A stretch of DNA of 64,000 bases from positions 7,378,001 to 7,442,000 of the forward strand of contig NC_045714.1 of assembly GCF_009834535.1 (NCBI RefSeq). Direction: 5' to 3'. The DNA is from Camelus ferus. Lineage: Eukaryota. The notes beneath the pieces were generated by a model. It was not told where the DNA came from. It saw only the letters and a list, made by a program, of their open reading frames with translations, and searched no databases. The position numbers and the translations under genes are program-made. Below are positions 10,545-22,810 of this stretch, piece after piece (position 1 is the first letter of the stretch; the number at the start of each line of letters is the position of its first letter).

Positions 10545-12360
10545 TGATTAATTTATTAATTCAACAAATATGTAGTAAGCACATACTAATTTCTATTCTG
10601 TTCTGGGTGCTGATGTTATTTTTTTTTTAACATTTTTTTTTGATTTATAATCATTTTACAATGTTGTGTCAAATTCCACTGTTCAGCACAATTTTTCAGT
10701 CATTCATGGACATATACACACTCATTGTCACATTTTTTTCCTCTGTGAGTTATAACATTTTGTGTATATTTCCCTGTGATATACAGTGTAATCTTGTTTA
10801 TCTATTCTACAATTTTGAAATCCCAGTCTATCCCTTCCCACCCTCTACCCCCCTGGTAACCACAAGTCTGTATTCTCTGTCTGTGAGTCTATTTCTGTCC
10901 TGTATTTACACTTTGTTTTTGTTTGTTTGTTTGTTTTTTGTTTTTTTGTTTTTTAGATTCCACATATGAGCGATCTCATATGGTATTTTTCTTTCTCTTT
11001 CTGGCTTACTTCACTTAGAATGNNNNNNNNNNNNNNNNNNNNNNNNNNNNNNNNNNNNNNNNNNNNNNNNNNNNNNNNNNNNNNNNNNNNNNNNNNNNNN
11101 NNNNNNNNNNNNNNNNNNNNNNNNNNNNNNNNNNNNNNNNNNNNNNNNNNNNNNNNNNNNNNNNNNNNNNNNNNNNNNNNNNNNNNNNNNNNNNNNNNNN
11201 NNNNNNNNNNNTCCTGAAGTAGACTTCCTTCTGGATACAAGCCCAGGAGTGGGATTCCTGGGTCATATGGTAAGTCTATTCCTAGTCTTTTGAGGAATCT
11301 CCACACTGTTTTCCATAGTGGCTGCACCAAACTGCATTCCCACCAGCAGTGTAGGAGGGTTCCCCTTTCTCCACAGCCTCCCCAGCATTTGTCATTTGTG
11401 GATNNNNNNNNNNNNNNNNNNNNNNNNNNNNNNNNNNNNNNNNNNNNNNNNNNNNNNNNNNNNNNNNNNNNNNNNNNNNNNNNNNNNNNNNNNNNNNNNN
11501 NNNNNNNNNNNNNNNNNNNNNNNNNNNNNNNNNNNNNNNNNNNNNNNNNNNCTTCTGCCCATTTTTGGATTGGGTTGTTTATTTTTTTCTTATTAAGTCG
11601 TATGAGCTGCTTATATATTCTGGAGATCAAGCCTTTGTCGGTTTCACTTGCAAAAATTTTCTCCATTCCTTAGGTTTTCTTCTTGTTTTACTTCTGGTTT
11701 CCTTTGCTGTGCAGAAGCTTGTAAGTTTCATTAGGTCCCATTTGTTTATTCTTGCTTTTATTTCTTCTAGGAGAAAATTTTTGAAATGTATGTCAGATAA
11801 TGTTTTGCCTATGTTTTCCTCTAGGAGGTTTATTGTATCTTGTCTTATGTTTAAGTCTTTAATCCATTTTGAGCTGATTTTTGTATATGGTGTAAGGGAG
11901 TTGGGTGCTGATGTTATTACAGTGAACAAGACACAAAAAGACCTGCCTTTGTGATGAAAGTAGAAAGATGATAAACAGAATAAATGAGATATAGAGGGGT
12001 CTTATGTTGATAAGTCCCACGAAGGAAATGAGGTGGGAAGTGGGAGAGCCATAAGGCACATGGTGGCGGGGAAAGTAATTGTACTTTTATATGGGGTGGT
12101 CAGGGAAGGCTTCACTGAGAAGGTGACATTTCAGTAAAAGCCTGAAGGAGGTGGGGAATTTGCCATGGAGTTTCACAGAGGAAGTATATTCACAGCGCAG
12201 GAGTGGCAAGTGCAAAGGTCCTGAGGTAGGAGGATGCATCATGTGGAGAGAAGCAAGGAGCCCAGAGTAGCTGAGAATGTGTGATGGGGAGAGAAATAGG
12301 AAATGAGGTTAGAGAGGAGCACGGGGCTAGACAGTGTCAGGCTGGGAGACAACTGAAAAG
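10545..12360 (-). mobile_element. L2 element interrupted by a young L1 (L2 parts about 10545-10620 and 11902-12360)
   Basis: ttcaacaaatatgtagtaagcac... resumes after the L1 as acagtgaacaagacacaaaaagacctgcc... ggggtggtcagggaaggcttcactgagaaggtgacatt. Confidence 0.75.
10621..11901 (-). mobile_element. Young 5'-truncated L1 (ORF2 C-terminus, 3' UTR and poly(A)) with a perfect 17-bp TSD
   Basis: ORF2 motifs [78 protein letters not shown] at both 10604-10620 and 11902-11918. Two N gaps inside. Confidence 0.95.
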
Positions 12361-12449
12361 ATGCTGACTTTGTTTAACTTAACCATCATAAAATCTCCAT
12401 TATGTTTTTTAAAATGTCTAATTTGATTCTCTCACTTCCCTAAAATCCC

Positions 12450-12770
12450 TGTTATTAGGGTAAGGACAAGCCCATGTAGCAGAGGGACCTCAAAATAAAC
12501 TCTAACAAAATAGTTGTTTACGTCTCTCTTATGCAGCAGTGTGAGAGCAGGTGGGTGGTTCAGAGAGAGAGGCGGGATGAAGTCACGCAAGGGCCCAGGT
12601 TCCTTCCATCTCATTGCTCCACCAGCCTCTGAAGCATAGTCCTTGTATACATCATTGACCTTGACTGACTAGCTCCAGCTCATAACAAGAAGGAATGAGG
12701 GTAAAATAAATGAAGTCACTTCTGTCTAAGGAGCAGGATCTGAATGTTCATACGAGTCAGGCCTGCTCAT
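12450..12770 (-). mobile_element. Old MLT1 (J/K-like) LTR fragment
   Basis: ctaacaaaatagttgtttacgtctctct... gggcccaggttccttccatctcattgctcc. Confidence 0.55.
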
Positions 12771-13929
12771 ACACAATTGACCAGATTTAAAAACATGGTT
12801 ATAGTTAGAGGTACAGAAAAGCCTCCAGCTAGGTGACTTGTCTTCTAAAACTTGGGGTGGGGGGCAGTGAGAGTCTATTACTCAAATGAAGAATTGGAGA
12901 ATGGAACTCGGGGGCAATTAGCATTCTCTGCCATACATAATGATGGCTGGGTACTTACAGCGAAAAGCAAATCAAATGAGTTACTTAAAGCTAAATAGGG
13001 ATCTCTATAAAAATTCTTTTCACTCACTTTTAACAAAATAAATTATATATACAATGGAGTGGAAGTAGGGCCACATTTCAGGGAGCTCCATTCACAACTG
13101 GTTTTGTGCAATATGGCAGGCCTGGTAGTGTGTGTATTTTAATATACATGAGATAACTTGGGGTGGTGACTCCTACAATAAGTGTGCCCTGGGTTACAAG
13201 GTCTTAAAGCAGCCCTGCTCACTTTGGTCACACAGCGTTGCAGGTCTATGAGTCAAATGTCAGCTCACCCTAGGAAAAGTGGTGTTTGCAAACTGAACTC
13301 CTGGGAGGTGGCTTGATAAATCTGCAAACCAATTTATTCATTTACAGCAGGCAACATAGCCAGTACAATAACTCAACCAGTCTCTTTCCCGGTATTGNNN
13401 NNNNNNNNNNNNNNNNNNNNNNNNNNNNNNNNNNNNNNNNNNNNNNNNNNNNNNNNNNNNNNNNNNNNNNNNNNNNNNNNNNNNNNNNNNNNNNNNNNNN
13501 NNNNNNNNNNNNNNNNNNNNNNNNNNNNNNNNNNNNNNNNNNNNNGCTCGCTGAGAACCTGGCTCAGCTCTAAGCACCTTCTCCTTGAACTCTGATGTTG
13601 ACCCAAGTTTATCATCCCAGGCTTTTAGTGTACACTTGTAATCATTATATTACCTATTTTTTTTTTTAAATCTGAATTGTATTTTACATCAATGCAATTT
13701 TAAATGAGCTGTGTTCTGGCTGTGTCTAGGAAGGTCACTTCATCTCATGGATAAGCAGTAATCTTTCATCAGAGATAATTTCCTCTTTGTGATCTTTCTC
13801 TTTATTTTTTGGTCTGTCTCACTTTAGGTCCTCCCCCTCGCCCCACCGCCCTGCCCTTCTTTTCTCATAACTATAGCATATGTCTCAAAAAGCTGGGAAT
13901 AATATGCAGCTAAAACCACACCCTCCTTT

Positions 13930-15480
13930 CCTCATAGTGGTTAGGCGCCCACAGTCCAGCTGAACCCTGCCCCTTCCTCTTAGCGGCTGTATGGTTTTAA
14001 ATAAGCTCACCTTGCCTCAATTTTCTTATTTGTAAAATGGGCATAATAATAACACTCATGTCATAGAGTTCTTGTGATGATTGAGTGTGTGAGGACAGTT
14101 TAGAATAGCAGTTCTCAAAGTAAGTGTGTTTTGAGAATTCCTAAGGGTCCCAGAGACTTAGGATCCACAATCAAACATATTTCCATAGTAATTCTAAGAG
14201 GCTCTCTGTCTTTTTACTGAGTTGACATTTGCAGTGATGATACAGGAGCAGTGGTGGGTAGACCTGCTGGAGCCTTCGTATGAATCACAGCGGAGGCATT
14301 TGCTCTGCCAGCAGTCATGGGCTCCTCCACCACGACGCACTTACAGGGGAAAATAAAAACCCAGTTTCACTTGAGGGTCCTTGATGAAGTATAACATGTC
14401 AATTTTATTAGATCTTGACAGTTCTAATATTTTGTGTGATGAGATGGGACGTGGATGTAAAGCACTGCTGCTATATAAGGAATTATGATGGTTGTCTCTA
14501 AGGAAAACACCTCTGTGATTGAGATGGGAACTGAAGTAGCTGTTATTTTCATGAAACATCATTTTTAGGAAGGATGACAAAGGACGGTTATTCAGGACCT
14601 CAGGATCTGGCAGATTTTTTTTTTTTTTTGAAAATGAACAAAATTGGCTATCACTTCAAGGAAAGTAAGTAGTGGTATTTGTTGCCAATGATAAAATTCT
14701 TATTTTCAAGCAAAAATTAGAATTTTGGAAAACTGAAATTCACCACTCTAAGCGTGACAGCTTTCCCACACTTAAATACTTTTCTGATGAGAATCATGGT
14801 GATAATTTGGTAAGTTGACATTTTCCAAATGACTGATGTGTCATGTTCTAAAATTGTGTGTGGGTAAAAGCCATTCAAATTGCAAAATAGACCACAGGGA
14901 TGTTAATGTATCAGAGTATGAAAGCTTACTGATGTGGTCTCAGACTGCACACTGCAATCAGCCTTTAAGAAACCCTTACTTGTTGAGTTTTGGTGTGATA
15001 TCAGAGGAGAATATCCATACTTGTCTGAAAATCTTAAAATACTCTTCTCTTGTCCCACCATATACGTTTGTGAGACTGGATTTTCCTCATATACTTATTT
15101 CAACCGGAAACACATAGCACACCAGTGTCTGTGCAGGAGAAGATGTGAGAATGTAGCTGTCTTCTGTCACCAGACATAAAAATGTGTATCTCATTACATA
15201 TTTTTTGCTTGGAAACAATTGTTATGTTTTTGTAAGCATGTGGTGCTTATGTTAACATGTAATGGGCTTACTATTATTATTGTTACTAACTTATAACATG
15301 AATGAATACATATTTTAAAACTGTCCTGGTTTTAATTTCTATTATGAATATTGATTACTTTAAGCCATATAAGTAAAAGCTCTTTGGGAAGTTCAGTAAT
15401 TTTTATGAGTGTAAAGACTTCCTGAGACTTTGAGAATCACTGGTTTAGAACATTGCTTAGCATAAAGTAAGAGACGTACA
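13930..15480 (+). mobile_element. MIR split by Charlie1a (MIR parts about 13930-14105 and 15443-15480)
   Basis: gcctcaattttcttatttgtaaaatgggcataataata... gtttagaa | gtttagaacattgcttagcataaagtaag. Confidence 0.75.
14106..15442 (+). mobile_element. Charlie1a-type hAT DNA transposon (internally deleted, decayed)
   Basis: TIRs tagcagttctcaaa (14106) and tttgagaatcactg (15429-15442); perfect 8-bp TSD GTTTAGAA at 14098-14105 and 15443-15450; hAT C-terminal remnant EFWC.IRGEYP.LSE...T.YVCETGFSSY. Confidence 0.9.
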
Positions 15481-15544
15481 GCTGCTTATTCCCAAATTAT
15501 GCTTAATAACAATGACAATAATAATAATTAATCATCATCATAAT

Positions 15545-15775
15545 CATCATCTTTCATTGAATATTTACTGTGTGCCAGACACTGTGCTATTTGCTTTGTA
15601 TACATTATCTAATGTGACTTTTAACAGAATGCTGTGAGATAAGAGTGGTTGTTAGTTTTATTTGATAGATGAGGAAAATGAGTATAGGGAGGTTTGGTAA
15701 TTTGAACAGGATCCTACAGCTATGCAGTAGCAAAAATGAGGCCCCAGGCAGTCTAATTTCAGGGATTCTGCTCTG
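15545..15775 (-). mobile_element. MIR
   Basis: ttgaatatttactgtgtgccagacactgtgct... gatagatgaggaaaatgag. Confidence 0.75.
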
Positions 15776-17177
15776 AATGAATTACATTTATATTATCCCT
15801 TCATTTAAGAATCTCTGAGTTCCCCATCAACGTGATTGTAGTTTCAGAGTCTACTCTTCCTTCCCAACCCAAGGCAACTGTTTCCCGTGTTTGCTACAAA
15901 CCCCCCAGATAATGCCTTTCTTGGGATCACATTCCACCAGCAGCCACCCTCCATGCTCTTTTGTCTTCTCCTCACTCATGACACCACCAGCTGAAGGAGC
16001 TCAGCCACTCAGCTGATGGTGCCCTTTGTGTACAAGCCCCCACCTCTGTGTCTTTGGAATGTCAACAAGTGCTGGGCTCTATCAGAACCAGCTACATAAT
16101 CTGTGAGGTCCAGTGCAAAGTAAAAATGTGAGGCTGAGGCCTCTTTTTCAAACATAATTAAAAATTCAAGGCTGCAACAGCAGAGCCTTTATCAAGTGGG
16201 GGGACCCCATGTGACCGCATAGGTTGCATGCCCAGGGGGGACTGGCCCTAGGTTCTGTGCAGAGAAGGGAAATATCATTGCCTCTCTGAATCTGCCCCCC
16301 CCCACCCCTTCATGCCCAAGGGGCATGATGGCCAGGAGGCAGAGGCCAAGAGCCAGTGTTCTCATACATGTCCTCATGGGAATAGGTCCTTCAGCTTTTG
16401 GTCTTTATCCTTCGAACCAGAGCTAATCAAATCTAGTCCATAGGGTTGGGAGGCACTGATCTCCTTCCAGTATCAAAACCAAAGCCCTTGTGCTTGTCTG
16501 TGGTGATCGGTTGAAGAGAGGTTGGGGGGTGCAGTACCGTTCACTCTCCACAGCGGTACCAGGGACCCGTGATATTCCGTGGGCATTCCCTGGGTGAAAA
16601 ATTTTGATATGTAGAGAAAACTGAGGTTTTTATTTTCTAAAGAGCATGAAGCGTATGATATATTCATCAGGACTCCTGCACAGCAAGCTATAGAAAATCA
16701 AACTATCTTAAGCCAAAGAGGGGCATGTATTGACTTATTTAACGAAACCATAGGAAGGATGGGGCAGACTGGTTTCAGGCATAAGTAAATAAGTAACTTT
16801 CTGAACTTGCATTGTGAGAGTCTTGTTCCTGCTTCTCTGACTGGCCTTAACTCTAGACCCGGGGCCATTCCAGGACCGACCACTGTGGCCAGAGAAAATG
16901 ATGGGCTCAGTGGCCCAGACCGTGTCCACTCATGTGGTTGGGAAGAGGAGGGGGATGCTGTGACCAACACCCACCACCAGACCAAGAAGGGGGAGTAGGG
17001 GAGGAGTCATTTTCCCCAAGAAGGAATAGCTGTTCTGGGTAGAACCCTGAACATGGCAAAAACACGGTTCCCCCAAAATAATCCTTTGCAGAAATTTGAA
17101 CCTGAACGTTGGCAAACCCTCAGCATAATGAAGGCAAGGGGGTGGGATGCAGTTTGAGAATAATCTGGTTTATTAAG

Positions 17178-17265
17178 AAATGTCATGTATAACTGAAAAA
17201 CTGTGCTCTACACTAGAAATTGACACAGCATTGTAAACTGACTATAACTCAATAATAAAAAAAAA
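17178..17265 (+). mobile_element. L1 3'-terminal fragment (camelid type)
   Basis: ctgtgctctacactagaaattgacacagcattgtaaactgactataactcaataataaaaaaaaa. Confidence 0.8.
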
Positions 17266-17622
17266 AGAAATAGCATCAGGTAAGTGCTGATGTTTCTATC
17301 TTAGCAAAATTAGGGGATGCAGAAAAGGAAAGGTGAAAGTCATTAGAGCCCTCCTGTCCTTTGAAAGACATACAGACTCATCCAATGGATCATGTTCACG
17401 TCTGTTTTAGGATTTCGGGGATCCTGGTAGTGTTTATCAGCGCCAGGGTGTGATAAGACAGTTTCTATTTCCAAACTTACAATTTCAGAATAAATTTTAC
17501 CAAGATAAAGATAAGAAGAAACGATGACCTGGGAATTTTATCAGCCAAATCACTACATGGCATGTTCATCTGTTGTGTAAACACATCAAATGAAAAATAG
17601 AAAATATGCAAAAGACACTCAC

Positions 17623-17662
17623 TTGAGTAATGAAAATCAGCTCTCCTCCGTGAACTAGTGGC
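17623..17662 (-). other. Candidate 40-nt exon
   Basis: tttatcgtttgcAG|GCCACT...ACTCAA|GTGAGT; two of three frames open (PLVHGGELIFITQ or ATSSRRRADFHYS). Confidence 0.3.
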
Positions 17663-18344
17663 CTGCAAACGATAAACTCAAGGAAGAATTAACATACTTC
17701 TATTTATGTATGTCCTGTGTTTTGCATCAGAGGGAGTGTCTTTGCAGGAAGTCTATGTGTGTTCTCCCAACCCCCCCACCCCCGTGGAGAGAGCAGATAA
17801 AATAGAGGTCTAACAGGAGAGGGGAAGGGTCACTTTCTTAAGGGAGGGTGGAATAAATGAGAAGTCTGATTTGCTATGGTTCAGTGATTTCTTAAAGTTC
17901 GTTGCAAGGCTGACCTATTTCTAATTCCTTGAGCCTATAGTCTGAAAGGTCATAAATCTGGGCTAGGTTCATGACGCTGAGGCTTAAGACTTCTATTTCT
18001 TAAATGCCAAAGGTGTGTCAGATTGCTTTTCGGAATGTTGGTGTCTCTATTCAGGCGCGCAGTGGTTAGTAGAGAGGTACACCAGCATTCCCTTTCTCGT
18101 GGAAACATTCGCTTCACCGAAAGAGCCACCCCTGTGGGTTTTTTGTTTTTTTTTTTGACCCTTTGGATCTTTGCCATGGATTAAGAAGACAAACCGATCT
18201 CCCATGCACACTTTCTTTTTGTCAAGTACAGGGACAAAAAGGAAGGTTGACAGCATCACATGTACTTCCTAGGAGTGAAGCTGGAGGAAAACATGAAAAT
18301 GCCAACTTTTTCTTGTCACTCTCCTCTAGATTCCGCACCCCCCC

Positions 18345-18835
18345 CAATTTTCTTTAGGATGAAGTCTGAGCTCTTTGTTGTCACATATAAGGTTCTGTTT
18401 GGTTGTCTCTCTGTTTACATCACTAGTCTTATTTCTCTCTTCTCCCCAAACTTTCCTTTGACCACTAAGAACCTTGGTTCACTTTAGGGTCTTTGTAAAT
18501 GTCCTTTTCCACCCGCTTACCTGGCTGCTTCCTACCAGCTTTTCAGGTTTCAACTCAAATATTCCTTATTCAGGAGGCCTTACCTGATTCCTAAGACCGA
18601 GGGTGGGACTCCTCTTGGTGTGCCCATAGCTTTCTGTAAGGACACACTTCCTCCGAATTTAATTGCCTGTTTACTTGCCTTTCTTGACCTACTGTTGCCT
18701 TTTCTTACTTCTTTCATTTCTTCTCTCCCTCATCTCTTTCTCCCTCTCCTTCACTTGAGTGAAGTGCGTTTTCTTTGCACAGCATCGAAACATCACAGAT
18801 AAAGAGTGTAGTCTTCTTGGACCACGTGTTACATC
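18345..18835 (+). mobile_element. L2 3' region
   Basis: ttaggatgaagtctgagctc... ctttcaggtttcaactcaaatattcc... aaagagtgtagtcttcttgg. Confidence 0.65.
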
Positions 18836-18859
18836 TCTCTCATTGGTTTCTCTAGATCC

Positions 18860-19305
18860 ACATACTAGCCACCCGGCTCAGTGCCCTGGGAGGCTGACCG
18901 TAGTGTCTGCACTGATGAGCTCTTTGCCTTCCAGTTTCCTGTTGGATTTGGCCGTTAAGGCCACCAAGTAAGATCAGAGGGTGGAAGAGAAAGAGTATGG
19001 GGTACCGTTCCCTTACCTGCCCCACTGCTGCATGTCCGTGGGCTGATTGCCACTCTAACAAAGGCTACAGGTTCCTTCAGTGCCCCTCTTCATGCAGTCA
19101 CCTCACTGGCTTCTGTTCTTGTGCCTTTAGGCCTGGGCTTGTTAATGGTTCCCCTGTCACTGTATCAGATGTACAGTTCTGTACTGTGTTGCTTTCCTTA
19201 TACCTTGCTTTATTTAGTCTGTGTAAGCAGTCCCTTTATTAAATGCTCCTTGAACTATGCAGTTGGAATGTGCATCTCTTTCCTTTTGAGACCCTGCCTG
19301 ATATG
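18860..19305 (+). mobile_element. LTR33-like ERVL solo LTR
   Basis: ccctgggaggctgacc... ttcctgttggatttggcc... agtccctttattaaatgctcc... gagaccctgcctgata. Confidence 0.7.
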
Positions 19306-20924
19306 GACGATCACTTCCAATCCTGGTTCTTGCCGCTTTCCCCAGAGGTCACCGCAGTTATACCTGTGTCTCCCATACCACTGCAGCCCTAAATTGTAGC
19401 ACAGGGCATCACACACACAGGAGAGCTTCAATAAATGTCGGCTAAATGCTATTGTTGAATTTTGAGCTCCCAGGAGAAGATGGGTCAAAAGTTCCTAATT
19501 CTAGGCAAACTCTTGTTTCCTCAGCACATCATGAAGATGAGACAGGATCAGTTATTAGATTGGAAAATTCCTTCGCAGTTGTGGCAGCAGATAGCCATTT
19601 TGTGTTCCAATGAAAAGACTCAGGAATGGGTATAAAAATAATCCACTGTATACCATCAAAAATTGAAAGCACATTCTTTTCCTTTGAAACAAGATCGGCT
19701 TTTGGAAGCTTTTACTCCAACACCCATCCATCTAAAGCTTCTCTCTAAGGACACGGGTAAGATGCAATTTGTTTCATAATAAGCCTCGGGAGTTTTCTTT
19801 AAAGGCATGATTACCCAGAAGGCCATGAGAGCTGTCTACAATTTCTTCTGTTTCAAGAATATTTCTATCCTAAGGAGAGGCAGGATAAGCTCCAAAGTTT
19901 CACTGGAAACTCTGGCTTGTGAATTATACAGAAAACAGAAATTTTGCTTATTCATGATTTATCCTGGCTTGGACCTCATTCCCCCAGTTAGAATGTTCAA
20001 ATATGGAGCATGAGGTCCTCTTGGAAGCCCACTTATCTGTTAGACCAGTAGTATCACCGTGAACTGTCAGCCTTTATTCTACCCTGGCTTCATTGCTGGG
20101 CTCAGTGCCTATTTTAAAACCAAGCTGGGACGTTTGTATCAAGCCATGATCATGGCTGCCATTAGTGACGTCCTCACCATGTCCTTTGCATGTGTTATTT
20201 CACCCCATCCATCTATCCGCACCATGAGAAGACGATGCTCTTTAGCACCTCTTCTTACAGATGCAGACATCGAGACTTAGTGAGAGAAAGGAACTTCTCC
20301 AGCATTGCTTCCTTTGCAGCCCAGGTTCTTTGTTCCTATGCCTGCTGCCGTCTAACCCCGTCCTCTCCGTCTGAGTGGAGGTAATCAGGGTGAGGTCTGG
20401 CGTCCCTCTCCTCCTTGTCACTCACTTCGACTTTTGTACTTATCTCATTGTGTTGTAAGGATTTGCACTAAAAGGTCATAAAACTGGGCATGAGCCCTAT
20501 TTGGCCCATAGACTACCTCCCCTCCAAGGTCCTTAAAAGGTGTAACATTTTACTGAATCACACTTCAGGGTTATTCCTTAACATCTCTGATTATATGTAA
20601 TCCCCTCTAGTTTAGGTCCCTACGTAGGACCTTACTGAAAGGAGCAACGCATTGCCAAAGAATCTGCTGACTGAATCCCCATCTGTCCTCTTTAGAGTCA
20701 TGGAGTAGACACTCTAGTTAGCAGAGACTGTTTTCCAAAGTCCCACTTCTTCCCTCTCACCAACTTTCCCACGTCTGATTCTTCTCTCCCTTTGAAATGT
20801 CCTTGTTTTCCCCACTGCATCAGCTGGTTGCATTAGGCCACAGGTGCCCTGACTTGCAAATGCGAGGGATTTACTTCACTACCAGGCACTGCTTTGGTGC
20901 AGTTTACCTTATTTCAGAACACAC

Positions 20925-21000
20925 ACATTCCCCAAAAATGTCTCCAGACATTGCCAGATGTCCCCTGGGGCCAAAATGTTCCCTATTTGAGAACAAATGG
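20925..21000 (-). mobile_element. MER20 fragment
   Basis: caaaaatgtctccagacattgccagatgtcccctggggccaaaatg...ttgagaac. Confidence 0.8.
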
Positions 21001-22319
21001 GACAGGAAACATCAGCTTGTTCTTATATGCCACGACTCCCTGGAACATGCTCCAAGGTGACTATGAGTCTTCTCAATGAATGAGGCAGTTTGGAGCCCCC
21101 CAAGAAAGGATCTCAGTGAGCTTTTTTTTTCCCTTTTTGCATTTTATGCCCATTAGGAGCTCAGAGTCTAAGCATGTTCATTTCTGCATGGTTGGGGTTT
21201 CAGGCTGCAATAAAATCTTGTAGGGCACTTGTCTCTGGCTCTCAGGTGGTATGGCTCAGTGCATTGGGTCATTCTGTCTTTAACTCCACAGATGGCTATC
21301 ATTATTATTTTATAGATGAATACACTTAGAGGGGAAAGTCACATGTCAAGGTCATATAGATAGTGGGTGACAAAGTCAAGACCTTAGGCTAGGTCTTTTT
21401 GATTCCAGGCATCGCTGGTTGATCACTCTCTGGCATTGAGAGAGGGTTCTCTGACTCTTCTACTTGAGGAAGAAACACAGTAAGTAAAATGAGTGGTGAA
21501 ACTCAGCTCCTGGTCAGCACATTCAGGAGGCTGGCTTCTCGATAACCAATAAACTAAGGGCAGTTACCTTGACTGTTGTCGCTCCCAGAAAACTGAAAGG
21601 GGCCAGATAACAATCCTTCCTTCTGCACATCTGCCTGCCAGTCTAATCTCATCATTTCATTTTCCATCTAAAGAGTGGGCGGGCTTTAGATGCAATTGTT
21701 CCATTGCTGTTAGATGAACGTTGGCATCTAGTTTGCTGTCACACATCTTGTTTCGTAGACTATGTGAGGGAAGGACAATGTCTATATGGCTCACCACTTA
21801 GGGCTCTCGGTGAGCACTCACAGAATGAATGAACGAATCAAGTAATTAATGGATAATCACATCTTGAAGACGAGTAGACTAATTTTGACTTTTATTGTTT
21901 TTCTCAGATTTTTAGTCCATGAGCAGGAATTAGCAAGGGGCTTCAAGATAAGTGATCTTAACATGGTTTCTAGGTAATTGATGTAGAACCTTAAGTGTCC
22001 TGGAGGTTAAGTCTGTGTTCCTAGCATACATCTCTTGACTGAGAGCAGAAGGTAATACGGTATTTCTTAAAAAAGAAAAAAAATGATAAATAAGTATTGC
22101 TTGGGGGTACATTCACTCATCATTAAATGGCACTGACACGCACTCCTAGAGGGAAAGAACTACCCACTGAACTCTCTTTAGGTTCTCCTGCTTGGGCTGG
22201 GGAGAAAGTCTCACTTGGTGCTAGTATAAAACTTCATATCACTTTATCGCTTGTTAATCTCCTTTTTTAATAAAGCGAGAGCACACTTCAGGCTCAGACT
22301 CTTCAGTGGGTAAGTCTAG

Positions 22320-22573
22320 ATAAAATTTAATAGCATTTTTATGTTTATATTGTGATATATTCAAGGTGGTTATGTATTGAAGGCAAATGATGCTTGGTGC
22401 TTTACCTTTATGGTTTTCATATAACATTTTCATTTAAATAAACTTAGCTAAGTAAAAACAAAAGGGAAATTGATTGAAAGAAAATTATTTCATATGTTTA
22501 TAACAGTTGTTACACAGATACGACAAAAACTGTATATAAGGTACACTAATGGATAGAGTTTGAGAAATACTGT
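22320..22573 (+). mobile_element. Old hAT-Charlie element end
   Basis: acagatacgacaaaaactgtatataaggtacactaatggatagagtttgagaaatactg (Charlie-type terminus). Confidence 0.5.
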
Positions 22574-22584
22574 CATACGTGTTA

Positions 22585-22810
22585 AGAACAAAGATGGAAC
22601 TGGTTTTGAATCCTGAATTTACACCTCGCTAGTAAGTTGGTCTTCAGAAAGTTTTTTTTTTAAATCTTTTCCAAGTCTTGGTTCTCCCCAAATAGAAATG
22701 GGGATACTGTGCACATTATAGTTTTGTTATCAAATTGCAATGAGATAATACGTGTAGAACACTTGGCTTACTATCTGGCGTATAGGAAGCACTCAAAATG
22801 TGGTTGCCAT
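22585..22810 (+). mobile_element. MIR
   Basis: ggttttgaatcctgaatttacacctcgctagtaag... tgagataatacgtgtagaacacttggc. Confidence 0.65.

Noticed and set aside
10953-11954. L1 ORF2 ORFs as an active element or gene
   Set aside because: The element is 5'-truncated to 1.3 kb, frameshifted near 11640-11670, and padded by N gaps
13286-13615. X-filled ORFs here and at 46424-46693 and 57304-57612
   Set aside because: Artefacts of N gaps (13398-13545, 46461-46624, 57307-57566)
14934-15179. Domesticated hAT transposase gene
   Set aside because: A short remnant within a decayed Charlie1a, with stops and frameshifts on both sides
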